Origin: Eutreptiella sp. 'Long Island Sound 2002' | Taxonomy: Eukaryota > Protista > Euglenida | Direction of reading: 5' to 3' | Length of the DNA stretch: 64,000 nucleotides | NCBI GenBank assembly: GCA_964036045.1 | Contig: OZ038379.1 | Span: 41,664,001 to 41,728,000, forward strand | Shown: piece after piece, positions 1 to 11,915 of the stretch | Position numbering within the stretch: the first letter of the stretch is position 1 | Layout of the letters: every line of letters begins with the position of its first letter | Notes under the pieces: model-generated | What the model saw: the letters and a program-made list of their open reading frames with translations, nothing else | What the model was told of the DNA's origin: nothing | Database searches by the model: none | Program-made: the position numbers and the translations under genes

Positions 1-891
1 CAAGTAGGAAAGCAAGAGAAAGGAGGAAGCAGCGGAGCAAGAAGAAGAGGAGGAAGAAGAGGAGGAGGAGCCTGCGCAAAAAAAGGAGAAAGTGCTCCAG
101 GGGACCCAGATGGAGGACACGGACAGTGGCAAGCGCACCACGGCACTGGTGACTGCCCTGTGGCGTGCGGCGTGGATCTTGCGCTGGTTTGTGCAGCCCG
201 CCATTGTCTGGTATGGGGACGCCAGACCGCGCAACCCCCCACACCGACATCCCCCCCCACTGCGCGCACACTCCGGTGGTGGTGGCGGGCCCGCCGGTGT
301 GTGGTGGTGGGACCACGGCCAATTTTGGGGAAGCGACGTGCGCCATGGGGTGGTTCCCGTGTTGTGGCACCGGGAACGACAGCGGGAGGACACAGGTGCA
401 GATGAGAACCGCAGGGGGCATGGGAACCAGAGAAGCAAAAGAAGCGGCGATGTCAGGGCGATGCAAGCGCGATGCAAGGGCGCCACACCGGCGATGTGCG
501 GATGACCCAGTGGGCCCTACCCTGACAGCCACACGGATCAGGAGCTGACCCGGGGTGCAAAGGGAGGAGGGAGGCGGAGAACAAAGCGCCTGTGCAGCAT
601 AACCAACTACTGCACATGACAGGGCTGGCTCACTAGGACAAAGTACGCACAGGGAGGCAAACAGCCCAAGTGACCGTGACTGTGACCCACAACAGGGAGG
701 AAAGGAGGCGAGATGGGTAGCAGCGAGAAGCGGAGGCAACAGAGAAGAGGGAGGATAGAGGGACCAGAGGGAGGAGGGCAAGACGGGAGGGAGGGGGCAG
801 GCCCGCCGCCAACGACAGAGGGTGGAGAAGATGGTGGACAGAGGGACCACAGGGAAGGGGGCAGGGGGAATGGCGGCGGGCTGGGGGGTTG

Positions 892-972
892 GGAACCCGG
901 TGCTCCGTGAGTGTGCCCCGCTATCGGGGGCATGTGATTGGCCACGCGTGGCCATGGTAGCCGGGGCGGCCT
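892..972. promoter_or_regulatory. Dispersed ~80-bp promoter-like module, copy 1
   Basis: GGAACCCGG(T/C)GCTCCGTGAGT...GATTGGCCACG...GCCATGGTAGCCGGGGC recurs at 2632-2712 and 33878-33958. It contains an inverted CCAAT box and GC-box-like sequence. The repeat is seen; the regulatory role is inferred. Confidence 0.45.
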
Positions 973-1069
973 TCACAGGAGTTCATTGCAGTTTCTGTGG
1001 AGGTGGCGGAGCAGGGGGGAGGGGTGGGGTGCACGTCGTGCATATCGTCCATGTGTGCTGTGGAAGCTG

Positions 1070-2270
1070 TCTGCAGGTATCAAGATTTTGTGGACGATCT
1101 CTGAATGGCCCTGAAGACGGGCAAAAAGCAGGTGTGTTGTGATTGCGATACTTTGCAGGTTTGGAGGATGATGCGTGAAGGAGTGCCCAAGCTGATCCGC
1201 AAGTGGGCAATGCAACAAGAAGGGCAGTGCATATCTGGAAGGCGCCGAAGACAAGCAAAAAACAGGTGTGTTGTGCATGTGAATTCGCGACGGGTTTCAA
1301 GGATGATCCGTTAAGAAGTGCCCAAGCTGATCTTCTAGTGGGCAAGGCAACAAGAAGGCCAGGGCATATCTGAATGGCACTGAATATAGGCAAAAAATAG
1401 GTGTGCTGTGCATGCCATTTCTCCGTAGGTATCAAGGCACAATTCAGAAGAAAGGCGGATACAACTGCGGCAAGGTTGCGCGCCAGTCAAAGAGCGTGCG
1501 CGACCACCAGCTCGCATCTTCGCATGGCGCTGAAGACAGGCGTTTCAAAAAAGAAGGTGTGTTGGCGCCCCAGCACACGTGCCACCTTTCTGCAGGTATC
1601 AAGAATTTATGGAGCAACAAGAAGACCTTGGACCTCAAGTTGAGAATGGCCGCATCATGGGCAGCGCATCTCTGGATGGTGCCGAAGACAGGCAAAAAAC
1701 AGGTGTGATGTGCATGCCACTTCTCTGCAGGTATCCAGATTTTGTGGAGCAACACCAAGACACTGACTCGCACGCTGACAATGGCCGCATCATGGGCAGC
1801 GCATCTCTTGATGGCGCTGAAGAGAGGCAAAAACAGGTGTTTTTTGCTTCCCACCGTTCTGTAGGTATCAAGATTTTGTGGAGCAACACCAAGACCCTGA
1901 CCCTCAAGTTGACAATGGCCGCATCATGGGCAGCGCATCTCTGGATGGTGCTGAAGACAAGCAAAAAACAGGTGTGATGTGCATGCCACTTTTCTGCAGG
2001 TATCCAGATTTTGTGGAGCAACACCAAGACACTGACTCGCAAGCTGACAATGGCCGCATCATGGGCAGCGCATCTCTTGATGGCGCTGAAGACAGGCAAA
2101 AAACAGGTGTTTTTTGCTTCCCACCGTTCTGTAGGTATCAAGATTTTGTGGAGCAACACCAAGACCCTGACCCTCAAGTTGACAATGGCCGCGTCATGGG
2201 CAGCACATCTCTGGATGGCAGCGAAGACAAGCAAAAAACAGGTGTCTTGTGCATGCCACTTTTCTGCGGG
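1070..2270. repeat. 135-bp tandem repeat array with alternating A/B units (~270-bp dimer), degenerate on the left
   Basis: The unit landmark GTATC lies at 1596, 1731, 1865, 2000 and 2135 (spacing 134-135 bp), with decayed units at 1077 and 1429. The ORFs here are peptide repeats (YQDFVEQHQD...NGRIMGSASLDGAED). Confidence 0.9.
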
Positions 2271-2631
2271 CCCCTCGGTATTCTGCACTTGTGAATCGCC
2301 GTGAAAAGCTCAAGTCCAGCACCGGTGCCGACAACCAAGGGTGTTGCGACCACCAGACGGCATCTTCGCATGGCGCTGAAGCCAGGCATTCAACAAAAGC
2401 AGGTGTGTTGGCGCCGCGGCACAGTGTGTGCAGGATGCAAGTCACAAGCCTTTCGCTTGCGAGTACTGAGTGCGACGCAGTGCCGAAGGGTGCAGTTCCC
2501 TTCTACGCTTTTGCACATTGAGCCGGGGCCGTAGTCTCTTCTCTTTGAGAGAGCCATGGTGTCTAAAGATCAATGTGCTCCTGTACATACGCATGTGAAC
2601 AATCCATCCGACAGTTGGTGCTATTGTGCTT

Positions 2632-2712
2632 GGAACCCGGCACTCAGTGAGTCGGCCCTAGGATCGGGGGCATGCGATTGGCCACGCCTGCCCATGGTGG
2701 GCGGGGCAGCCT
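2632..2712. promoter_or_regulatory. Dispersed ~80-bp promoter-like module, copy 2
   Basis: Direct-orientation homolog of 892-972, with GATTGG and GGGCGGGG, followed by a G-rich tract. Confidence 0.45.
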
Positions 2713-3087
2713 CCAAAAAATTCTTTGGAGGCGGCGGGGCAAGGGGGGTGAGGTGGGGGTGGGGGGGCTAAAGAGGGAGGGGGGGGGGGGGCAACTGAGG
2801 GGGGGGCTCTGGGGGGGGTTTGTGGGCCCGGTGGGGACAACGGGGGGTTAGGGTAAAAAAAGTCCCCCGCAGGTAGATTTTTTTGGATACGGGGTTGGTG
2901 TGGGACAAGTGTCGCGGTTCAAAAACAAAACTTCGCCTCTTGGGGGAATTTTTCTTCCGCCCTCCTCCTGGCTGTATGCTCAGACAACGTCATCCGCGCC
3001 CTGCTCGTTGAGTCTCGGGATGGAGTGTACTTGGGGCTGCTGCACGCCCTCTAGCAAGCGGAGGCGGGCACGCCCACATTCCTAAAC

Positions 3088-5046
3088 GTGACGGTGCACA
3101 ACGGCCCATACAAGGGCAAACCGGCAAAGCTCTTGCCCCGCCACCTAGCGCAATCATATAGGCCAATGGACGTGCAATCGGCGCATTCAGGCACCCTCTG
3201 CGGCATCGCGTCCGAGCGCTTGGCCACCAACATGGAGATCCAAGGCGCGTACACGCCGCTCGTGTTCTCCTATCGCACAAGACACAACGCCCAGTTCCAG
3301 GTTTTGGTAGGGCCAGCGCCCATCTACCGCACCCTCCTAGAACACCGGCCGTGCGCCCCCGGCCATGTACTCACGTTGGCCCTCGGAGTAAACTGGTCCA
3401 CAGCGGTGCCACTCCAGCTGCCGGGCCGGCGGCATACCTACCCGCCACCATCTTGGTGTACAACAACGACCGCAGGTACGTACACCCCACCCTACAAGGC
3501 GTCGCGGCACAATCGGACGCATGCTGCGACGCGTCGCGACGGGCGGGACGCATCGTGCACCCGAAAAAGCTGGAGTTCTTCCACATGTGCCTCGTACGCC
3601 ACGGCATCTCGCAAGACCGGGCCCCGGTCCCCAATTTTGCGGACCTCACGTCCACCGACCCCCCCCGAACTGGTGGGCGTCCCGCTCCTGCCGGAACTTG
3701 CGTTGCACAAGGCCACCAACAAGGCCCTTCGGGCACTGAGGTCCGTGCACAAAGGCATAGCACGCGGCCCAGCTAGCCCCATTCTATGCCTAGGGACCGT
3801 ATACTCCTTTGGCCTCTCGGCCTTCAACTACTTGTCAGGCGGAGTCTTGGTCGGGGCAACGGATCTTCGAACCCACGAGCGCATAACCGACACCGTGCAC
3901 TTGACGGCCTACTATCTCCCCCCATGGACGCATAGGTCCCTACTGCGCCTTGACCTCGCTCCAGGCGGCTTCGGCTCCCCCGATCTGTCAGATCCCTGCT
4001 ATAGCCCCTCGTCACCTACCTCCGCGCCTCGTGGGGAACCAAACGGCTAGCGGTGTCAATGGCTTACCACTTCCCGTGACTCCAATAAAGGGGTGACCGG
4101 CAGCCCGAGGGCCACCGCATGAAGGACGCCCGTCAGCCGCTGCACGTTACACAGCATCTTTGCCTCACCGCGGCCATACGGGATGCCGCCCATTACACTG
4201 ACGGCAATCTCGACATTTTGCACGGTGATTCCTTCGTGATCGCCGCCACAGCTGGGAGCAAAGCCGCACACGAAGTTGGCGCCGGTCTCGTCCTCTGGCA
4301 CCCGGCTCACGGCGCCTTCTATGGCCATTGGTTCGGAGTCGAAGTTTGCGCTAGTGACTCCACAGACGCGAAATGGCTAGCCAAAATGATCTTGATGCTC
4401 GTGGTGGGGAACAGGCTGTGGTGGGGCACTGTCCACTTGGCCTCCGACTCCACGGCGTCCATGATGGCCAATGTCACCAAGTCCCTGCCAACGGCATCCC
4501 GCCTCTCCTTCCTGTTCTTAGTCGCCATCATCCAATTGCACACCCGACCCTCCGAAACCTGGCTCCCCGCCCAACCTGACATAGGCGCGGCCACCCTTCT
4601 CGCCGCCCTCAACGCCATCTCTGATGAGCTAGCGGATAGGGTTGCCCGATCCGCTGAGCCAAACACCCTGCCCTAGCTGCACCTCTGCCAAGGGCGGGCG
4701 CTGGCCGTGCACCAAGGGCACAGTTGCACCCGAGGAATGCTGCGACTGTGATAATTCCGCAGCACCAGGCCACTTTCTATGAGCAGCACTATGTCCCGCG
4801 CGACAGCTCCTGGTTCTCCATATCATCCTCCCTCAGCGACACCACAGAGTCCGCCACCATTTGAACACGCGCCATCCACGTCATCATGGCCCACTGCTTG
4901 CTCTACGTACAGTCACATTCTCCTAGCTATGGTGGTGTCGCCTAGCCTTACTGCCACCTACCCCCCAGCGACATCACCAATCACTTGATGCGTTGTTGCC
5001 CGCAGTTTTACCTCCAGCAAGTCTACTTGGCGTGGCACATGCTGCG
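3088..5046 (+). mobile_element. Degenerate non-LTR retrotransposon (LINE): RT, RNase H and C-terminal Cys/His knuckle
   Basis: Frameshifted ORFs give KGKPAK...SYRP (RT start), LVYNNDRRY (decayed YxDD), HPKKLEF and GGFGSPDL (thumb). ORF 4119-4676 has the RNase H pattern IAATAGSK / DSTDAKWLA / LASDSTA / WLPAQPD / LNAISDELA. YCHLPPSDITNHLMRCCP follows at ~4950-5000. Confidence 0.75.
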
Positions 5047-6064
5047 GAGGTATGTAGAGCAAGAAGAGGAGGCCACCCAACCAGAGGAAGAGGACGGTGA
5101 GTCCCAGAAACCCCCCCCCCCCCAAGTCAACCGGCAAGCACGGGGACGGCACACCCGCCAAGGCCAAAAAATCAAAGGCTAGAGCAAGCGCCTCACAGCA
5201 GAGCCCCAAGCCTGGAGCAAAGCCTCCACCCACGAAGGCGCTGGGCACGTTTGCAGCCCACTTCACACCGTCCCAGCAGACACAGAATGGACGTGGCGCC
5301 ACTGGTAGTGCTAACAGCGAGATGACTGGTGTCCGGGCACCACAAGCAAATGGTGGACACCTTACTGGTAACGGTGCCAAACCAAAGGCACCTGGCCTGA
5401 GGAAGCGGCGATAGAGTGACAGTGGTGTGTGCTTTGACTGCCGTGTTGTATGTTTTCCCTGTTACACGTCACAATGCCGTTTGGCGTTGTCTCTGCAAAT
5501 GCTATTGACGTTTTGCGCACTATTTTTTTTGTGTTTTACCAAAGCTGGAAGAAATTTCGCCCAGGTTCAGGTATTTCCCGGAATACAGGGTTCGTTTTTA
5601 CATTTTTGTAAAGCTGGAAGAAATTTCGCCCAAAGGTCTCATTAATGGCAAATAGAGACCTCGATTATCATGCATGAATTTGAGTGACTGTCAATCGACA
5701 GTTTTTGGGCACACACAGGGTGCATCAACCTTTGCCAAGTGTGTGCTACCCTATTTCTTGCACTGCATCGCCTCAGTGGATGATACATTTGTGTGTAACA
5801 CTGGAAAGGTTTGTTGTATTCTAGAAACCTTCTTTCTTCCTCTGCTTTTGCAGTATGCATGCATGCTTATTGTGTTTTGACAACTGGGGTGTGGTTACAT
5901 GAGAATGGCATTTTAGATAAATAGAGACACTCGTTGTTTCCTACTAGGTGCAAGGGGTCCCCTAGGTGCAGAATTCATACCCTGCTTTTTTTTGGGGGGG
6001 GTACAGTATGGCCCCGAGGAGCCCAGCCTGTGGGTAGTGGGGTGGGCAGTTAGCGTGGCCTAAG
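5047..6064 (+). mobile_element. Right-end fragment (~1 kb) of a family-C DNA transposon, interrupting the LINE
   Basis: Direct homolog of 43985-44960. It ends in the same terminus GTTAGCGTGGCCTAAG at 6064 and carries two family-C palindromes (5545, 5614). Confidence 0.85.
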
Positions 6065-6700
6065 AAATGCGGATGCCGGAAAGGGTGTTTGCACTCCGCA
6101 AGCAGGGGTGGGCCACACAGCTGTTGCGATTGTTGCACCCGGTGCTCCCTGACTTGCCATCCGCCTCATCCCCGCCCCAAAGGCGATAGGCTCTTTGTCG
6201 GGCGACATGTCTTCCCACGGGATGGGGAGGAAGAAGGCGGATATCTACAAGGTCCACCCATCAACCAACCCCCCCCCCCTCCCGCCCCCCCCCCCCGGGA
6301 AATGGACATGGTTGCCCTGAATGAGTATTTCTTTGCTGCCGGGCCGCAAAGAAGGCATTCCACGCTACCGTTTCATTGGCAATCCACTACCCACTCGTGG
6401 TGGGTCCATTTGGGAATCCTCTTGTTGCACCCTGAGATGCTCCCCCTCCACGACATCCCGAATATGACATTGCCCATGCTTCACTAGATGCGTGGACCCG
6501 GTTGGTATTGGTGATGCGTAGACCCCCCAGTTCATGTCCGTGGAACCCCCTTGGAAACGGCTCCCCTCCCCGACCCCTCCGCCCCTCTCTGCCACCTCGA
6601 ACCCTTCTATTCTCCCTACCCTCCCTGCCCCCAACCCCCCTCATGGTCATGAACTTTGTTGACGGCCTAGGGCACATAGTCTACAAGGACATTGTCATCT
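6065..6700 (+). mobile_element. Probable 3' continuation of the interrupted LINE
   Basis: The reading ...YLAWHM before 5047 plausibly resumes as RMPERVFALRKQGWATQLLRLLHP after 6064. TGCGGA occurs at both junctions (5043, 6068). A pyrimidine-rich tail follows. Confidence 0.4.
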
Positions 6701-8120
6701 CTTAGCACTACACAACCACTTGGGCGAGGGTGGACAAAATGGGGTTGGGGTGGTAACAAAGTACCCCAACTTTTTGGTACAATCTTCAATACGAAGAAGA
6801 GAGAGCATCAAAGGCGCGACCTCGGACTCCCCAAAAGATACCAGTCCAAACCCACCAAGACGGAGGGTCGGGTTGGTCCTTTTTTTCAGAATTTTGTGAC
6901 CAAGTCGCCCGACAGTGTTCCATACCCCTATGATGCTATTTTTGAGATGTTCCCCGGCCCGGTCATTGTCTGAGCGAGCACCTCCGTTGACCAGTTGCCC
7001 CACAGACGTGGCCACACACCCCACCATCCTCCCCCCCTCCGACCGTGCCACAGTGAGTGCCACCTCTCCACTTCTTTACGCCTCTCACCCGGCCACTTCT
7101 TGAATATTCAAGCGGGAACAACTCTCGCTGAGTCCTACATAGAGAGGTGGGACGAGGGCACCCTCACCCAAGGTGAAGTCCTCGTCTTAGTGAGCACCAC
7201 CCGTTCACGGCCGCACCATGTAGGGTGCACCTAATTCTCGCGACACAACCTCCCACAACGACTTGAGTTCTCGTGGCCTGTGTTCCTTGACTCGATATGG
7301 ACAAAGGCATTTGTCACCCTGTCTCTGCTACCATAGGGCATGACACTGGAAAGACGATGGTGAAAAGCATGAGCGGACAGTGCAAGCCATTCCCAAAATG
7401 TGCAACGTAAGGTCTCAGGGAATGCGCAGCACATCTTAAGCGCAACCGCACATTGAAGTGCAACAAAGCGAAATCAACCATGCAAATACACCCGAAAATA
7501 GTATGAAGATCACGTAGAATTCGCGAGCAGGGTCAATTAAGAAAGTTTGGCAAAAGTTGTGCATGAGCCCCAAGGTCACAATGGGTGGCTTACAAAGAGG
7601 TCATGAATGTACAAACCGCATAAGCAAAAGCGCGGTGAGGCCTTGGCTCACAGTGTTGTCTACCCAAGGCGACATAGGGGGAGAAGCCATCTCAAAGCAC
7701 AAGTTACATGCATCTTGGACGATTGTTTCCACCACCGCTCAGCCACCTAGGCACCAGAGAAGATGGGTGGTAGAGGCAAGCTTGGGGTGCACTATTCGCA
7801 AGGTTGCCGGGAGTGCTTTGCGCGCGCGACAGGTTTTTTCATGTTTTTCCTTGCACAATGGTCCGTGACCCCCTGTTTTGCATCCTTCCCCCGTTCTCTG
7901 GCACATTTTTACGGTTGAAGCGCCATAAAATGTTTGTCTCTGCAGGCGGAAACAACGCGGCAGCAGAATGAAGTACAAGACTTGAAACGGCTATGTTGTG
8001 TGTGTGTGTGGGTTGATGGCACAGGAAATGTACAAAGGTGGTGCAAGGCAGCAGGCACCTATGAATTGAAAGACTCAGAAGAAAAGGGTCAAAAGGGTCA
8101 AAACGGTCAATGGTTAGACA

Positions 8121-8465
8121 AGGAAGGGTGGGAACGTGCTGTTTTCCCGCATGTCGTTCGGAAGGATGAACGAGAAACCTCTCATGTCCCCAGTGTCCCA
8201 AAGTGATTTATTTGTCTTGGAATGCCCCACCGTTTCCTCGATGAATTTGCTGGTTGATGATTGTCACGTGACAGTCACTGCTGTGGATGGAAACTCCTCC
8301 TCAACTCCCCAGCAAGGATTCGCATGGGGAGTTGATCCAGGAGGCGGCAAAAAGTAGAAACGTGCGGGCAAACGTTTCTGCTGGGGGGAAACCAGCCCAC
8401 CCGCGCAGACCAACGACGTTAGGACAGACAAGCCCCACCTTAGGCGGCGGCTACACATGCATCCG
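8121..8465. repeat. Inverted homolog of 42288-42635 (transposase 5' region fragment)
   Basis: Alignable by eye to the reverse complement of 42288-42635, e.g. GATGAATTTGCTGGTTGATGATTGTCACGTGACA and GGGGAGTTGATCCAGGAGGCGG. Confidence 0.9.
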
Positions 8466-8969
8466 GTCCGGCCACGGCGCTTGCAGTGGTTGAGCGTGGG
8501 CTCTCACTGTAGGTGGTCGCGAAAGCACACCCCCCAGACCTCAAGCAATGCCTCAGGCTGTTTCTGAAGATGATCCACCCTTACTCTGCCCCGCCTGGCA
8601 GTTGGGTGAGTGGGGCATCGTGGTGTCGTGCGGCCACACCTTGGACAAAGGACAACAAAACTCAAGGGCTTTCATCAGGCCCACAACTTTAGGCGTAGGT
8701 GGGAAACTTGGGGACGGGGCAGCCACATTGTGCCGTGCACCAGATGGTTAGTTCGACATGGGTAGGATTCCTATTATATATGTCTTATTGGCACGGTAAG
8801 ACTTATAAGGTATGTTTTGTTTTTTCATGTTGGTTTGGTATAGGTCCCTTTTTCATGGGGCGTTTTTGATGTTCCGGAAACAAACTAGGGTTGGCGTTGG
8901 GTTGGAAACCCTGAGGGTCAACAATACCTAGCGGCTCTGGTTTCTTCCACCCAGAAACGTGTTCTTTTT

Positions 8970-11232
8970 TTACGGCTCCGGCGCCGTAAACTTAAGAACG
9001 CATTCCTTTTCTTCGCATGTCCAGGAAATCGGAGATGTCCGAAGCGTTTCGCTTCGCAGGCGGACGTACCACAGGCTGCTGTACAAATTCGGTGGTGGTT
9101 GGGGACCCGGTTTAGGTTTGGGTTTCGGCTTAGGAAGGCCATGTGCAGCCTTAGGCTTAGGCTTAGGCTCGGGCTTAGGCTTCGGCAAATTGTTCAGACG
9201 CTTTTCATCATTGCAAGCCAACAGTCTTTGAGACTGTATGGTTAAGGCTTCGATATTAGGTGAGGGTACAACACCAAAAACATCCTGCGCCTGTTGCACA
9301 GCCTCGGGAATGGTACTGCCATCTCTAACTTCAGTTGGAGCCGAGTAGGTTACGCATCAGCTGCACCGCCTGAACCTTTACTGTTAGGTCAGGAAGATGG
9401 ACCCATAGCCGGTCGGGAAAGGTGAACCCTGGTGGCCACGCAGTATACGACCTACCCTGAGACATGGGTTCGGAGGTTAACGGCATCTAGGGTAAAGTAG
9501 CAGCTAAAATATCGGTAATCAGCCGTGTGGTTCTATATTGTACACGGGCGGTAAAGCTACGTGCCAAGTGGGGCTCCGTTAGATCCCGGGGCTCATTAGG
9601 TTTCCGAGTAAGGTACCGGTAATGGTTTGCATATCCCCCAAATGTGATAATGGTTGGGGCCTCTTCTTTAGCTTGTTGAAGTTCACTCAGAGTGGACTCC
9701 AAATTTTCTTCACAGAAGGATGCACAAGGCAGAGCTTCCAGATATGGCTCCCACTGCAGCAAAGCCAATAGTGTAGCATCCAGGTATTGCTGGCGACCCT
9801 GAGTGTCTCTTGGGGCCATCAACATGACAGTTGTGAATTGCAACACCTCATGTGCATCAGCACGTGACGAGGCATCGTGTTGCCTCTAGTGAAGGGTACG
9901 CACCCTGTACCCGAGATAAAATAGTTGAGGCACATAGTCCCGAATCAGGTACAATAGAGCCTGTAAGCGCTCCTTTTTTACGGTGCTAGCGCCACAAATT
10001 GCCTGAGGCCCGTCAACAGAGGCCAGTGCACCTCGTATATGGGGTGTTACTCTTCCAGAGATTAGGAAAGCACTTAGTACCATCTGCTCCATCATTCCCA
10101 CATGGAAGTGGGTGCGAATGGTTACCGATGTAGGATTGTCCACGAAACCCGGGTGTTCAAGGGTTGTCCAGAACGTTAGAAACTTGCGGTAACACATAGT
10201 CAAACAATATTTATAGGCATACCACAATCCAAAAAGGAGCGGTGTGTTTTGCAAAAACGTACTTGTATACACAGCAACGTATGTTGTGCTGTGATGCAGT
10301 TTGTGTATTCTAAAGTACAGATCCACATCACATAGCACGGGACTGTACTAGTGGTTAGTTCTCTGGCGCCATTCTATTAGGTTACAGCATACTTGCAGTA
10401 GCCCCTGCCGGGCTGATACGTTGCATGGTAGGACATTGCCGTCCATCATGGAGCCATAGTCACTCCATGTCGGCGGATGTCCAGTTGCGTCCGCACCGAC
10501 TCATAGTTCAGGTGGTGTGACCTTAATGTGTCTATCCTTGACCGAAATAGTTGGCTGGCTTCTCTTAGTTTTTGAGGCAAGATTTGTGCAGCCCGTAGTA
10601 GATCGGGAATGGACAAAGCCCCTCTCCGTGGTGGGAACCCACCATCAGGTTGTGGCACAGGGAGGACTGCAACACATGTTGCGTTGATGGACATGTCCTT
10701 TACGACATACGTTCCGATTGTAGCGCCACTTGTTGTAGTTATCAATCCAAAGCACAGTACAATGCTTTGTGACCAAATCCACAATTGTACGTGCAAACTC
10801 CATGGCTGCCTGCGCAATATTTTGCTTGCGGGGTACCACAAGACCAGTACCAGCAACAACTGCAGCCTTCGATCGGCTTAGGTCCTCTAGCCGCCGGTCC
10901 ACCATGGTTGCTGCACAGGAGCTTTTCCCCAGTACACCAGTGCTCCATCTTTTCATGGACGTGAAACAGGTCCAAAGACTTTGGGCAAAACTTGTCACCC
11001 ATCGGCCACCACGTCTAGGCGGGTCTTCCACCAGGTTCGTCCACACCTTTTGACACCTTTTGTCCCGGCAGGTCAAACTGAGGAACCACAGCACAAACGT
11101 TCTGCACGGACCACACACCAGGGCGTCCTCAACAATGGCTTGCACAGAGGTATACCCTTTGAGGGAACACAGCCCCTGTATGTAGTCGCCCGGGAGGTAT
11201 AGGTCATCAACACCACTGTGAGTGGTACTGCA
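8970..11232 (-). pseudogene. Disrupted DDE-transposase-like gene of element A (Academ/DUF6589-like motif order)
   Basis: Consecutive minus-strand ORFs give VLWIDNY, VRTQLD, LCDVDLY, PLLFGLWYAYKY and FCEENLESTLSEL, then a PK-rich tail. Each block aligns with ORFs at 41077-42285. Superfamily assignment is by motif memory only. Confidence 0.65.
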
Positions 11233-11915
11233 AAGCTTCCTTCGCCGTTTCGCGGCCCCTCCCCGGGAAAATTTTACGGCTGAAGCGCCGTAAGTTTGAC
11301 CATAGTCTGTGTTTTGTCTGTCAGACCATCATGAGGCATTGATGTCCTCACTGGCGAGAATGTAAATGTGACACGGACACCTGTAGAAGTGTAGAATCGG
11401 TTACCATTAGACAATTGAAAAACCTCTTTTTCAGGTGGTATGCCATAACCCCAGTTACGGACATGAAATGTGTTTTAATCACATCTACAATACACACCTA
11501 CCTGGCAGTTACTGGCACTCAGACAGTTGGCGCCAAATACGATCTTGACTCACCAAAATGGAGCACAGACAATTGCGGCTTTGTTGGTGTCGCATTTCAG
11601 CTGTGTGCGTTCTTGCCAATTTTAGTTTGTTGCAGGTATGCGATATTTTGCAGGAAAATACCACCGTTCGTAGTTGTACTTTGTTCCCAGGACCTTGACC
11701 AAGGGGTCTGTTTACTGGCAGTGTGCCACTCTGTGTAGATGCGAATGTGGCCACGAGTGCTAGACAGGGGGCAAACCGCCATGCATTTCTGTTTCTTTCC
11801 CCGAATAGGGTGTGCACTGCAACCTGCCAGAAGGGGTTACAGAGGTGCTGCAACTTGGTACACCGAGAGTGAAATTGCACCCTCCACATTGTTGCAGACA
11901 CAAAACTAGCATAAG

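Noticed and set aside
1070-2270. Possible CRISPR array or genuine repeat-protein gene
   Set aside because: Full-unit tandem duplication without spacers. The ORFs are open on both strands only because the unit length is a multiple of 3.
2720-2860. G-quadruplex-prone tract
   Set aside because: Poly-G runs are common throughout the window and nothing marks this one as specific.
9105-9190. TTAGGC/TTTAGG telomere-like repeats
   Set aside because: They encode the Pro-Lys tail (PKPKPEPK) on the minus strand. Similar PK tracts occur at 33100-33160, 40140-40170 and 60590-60620.
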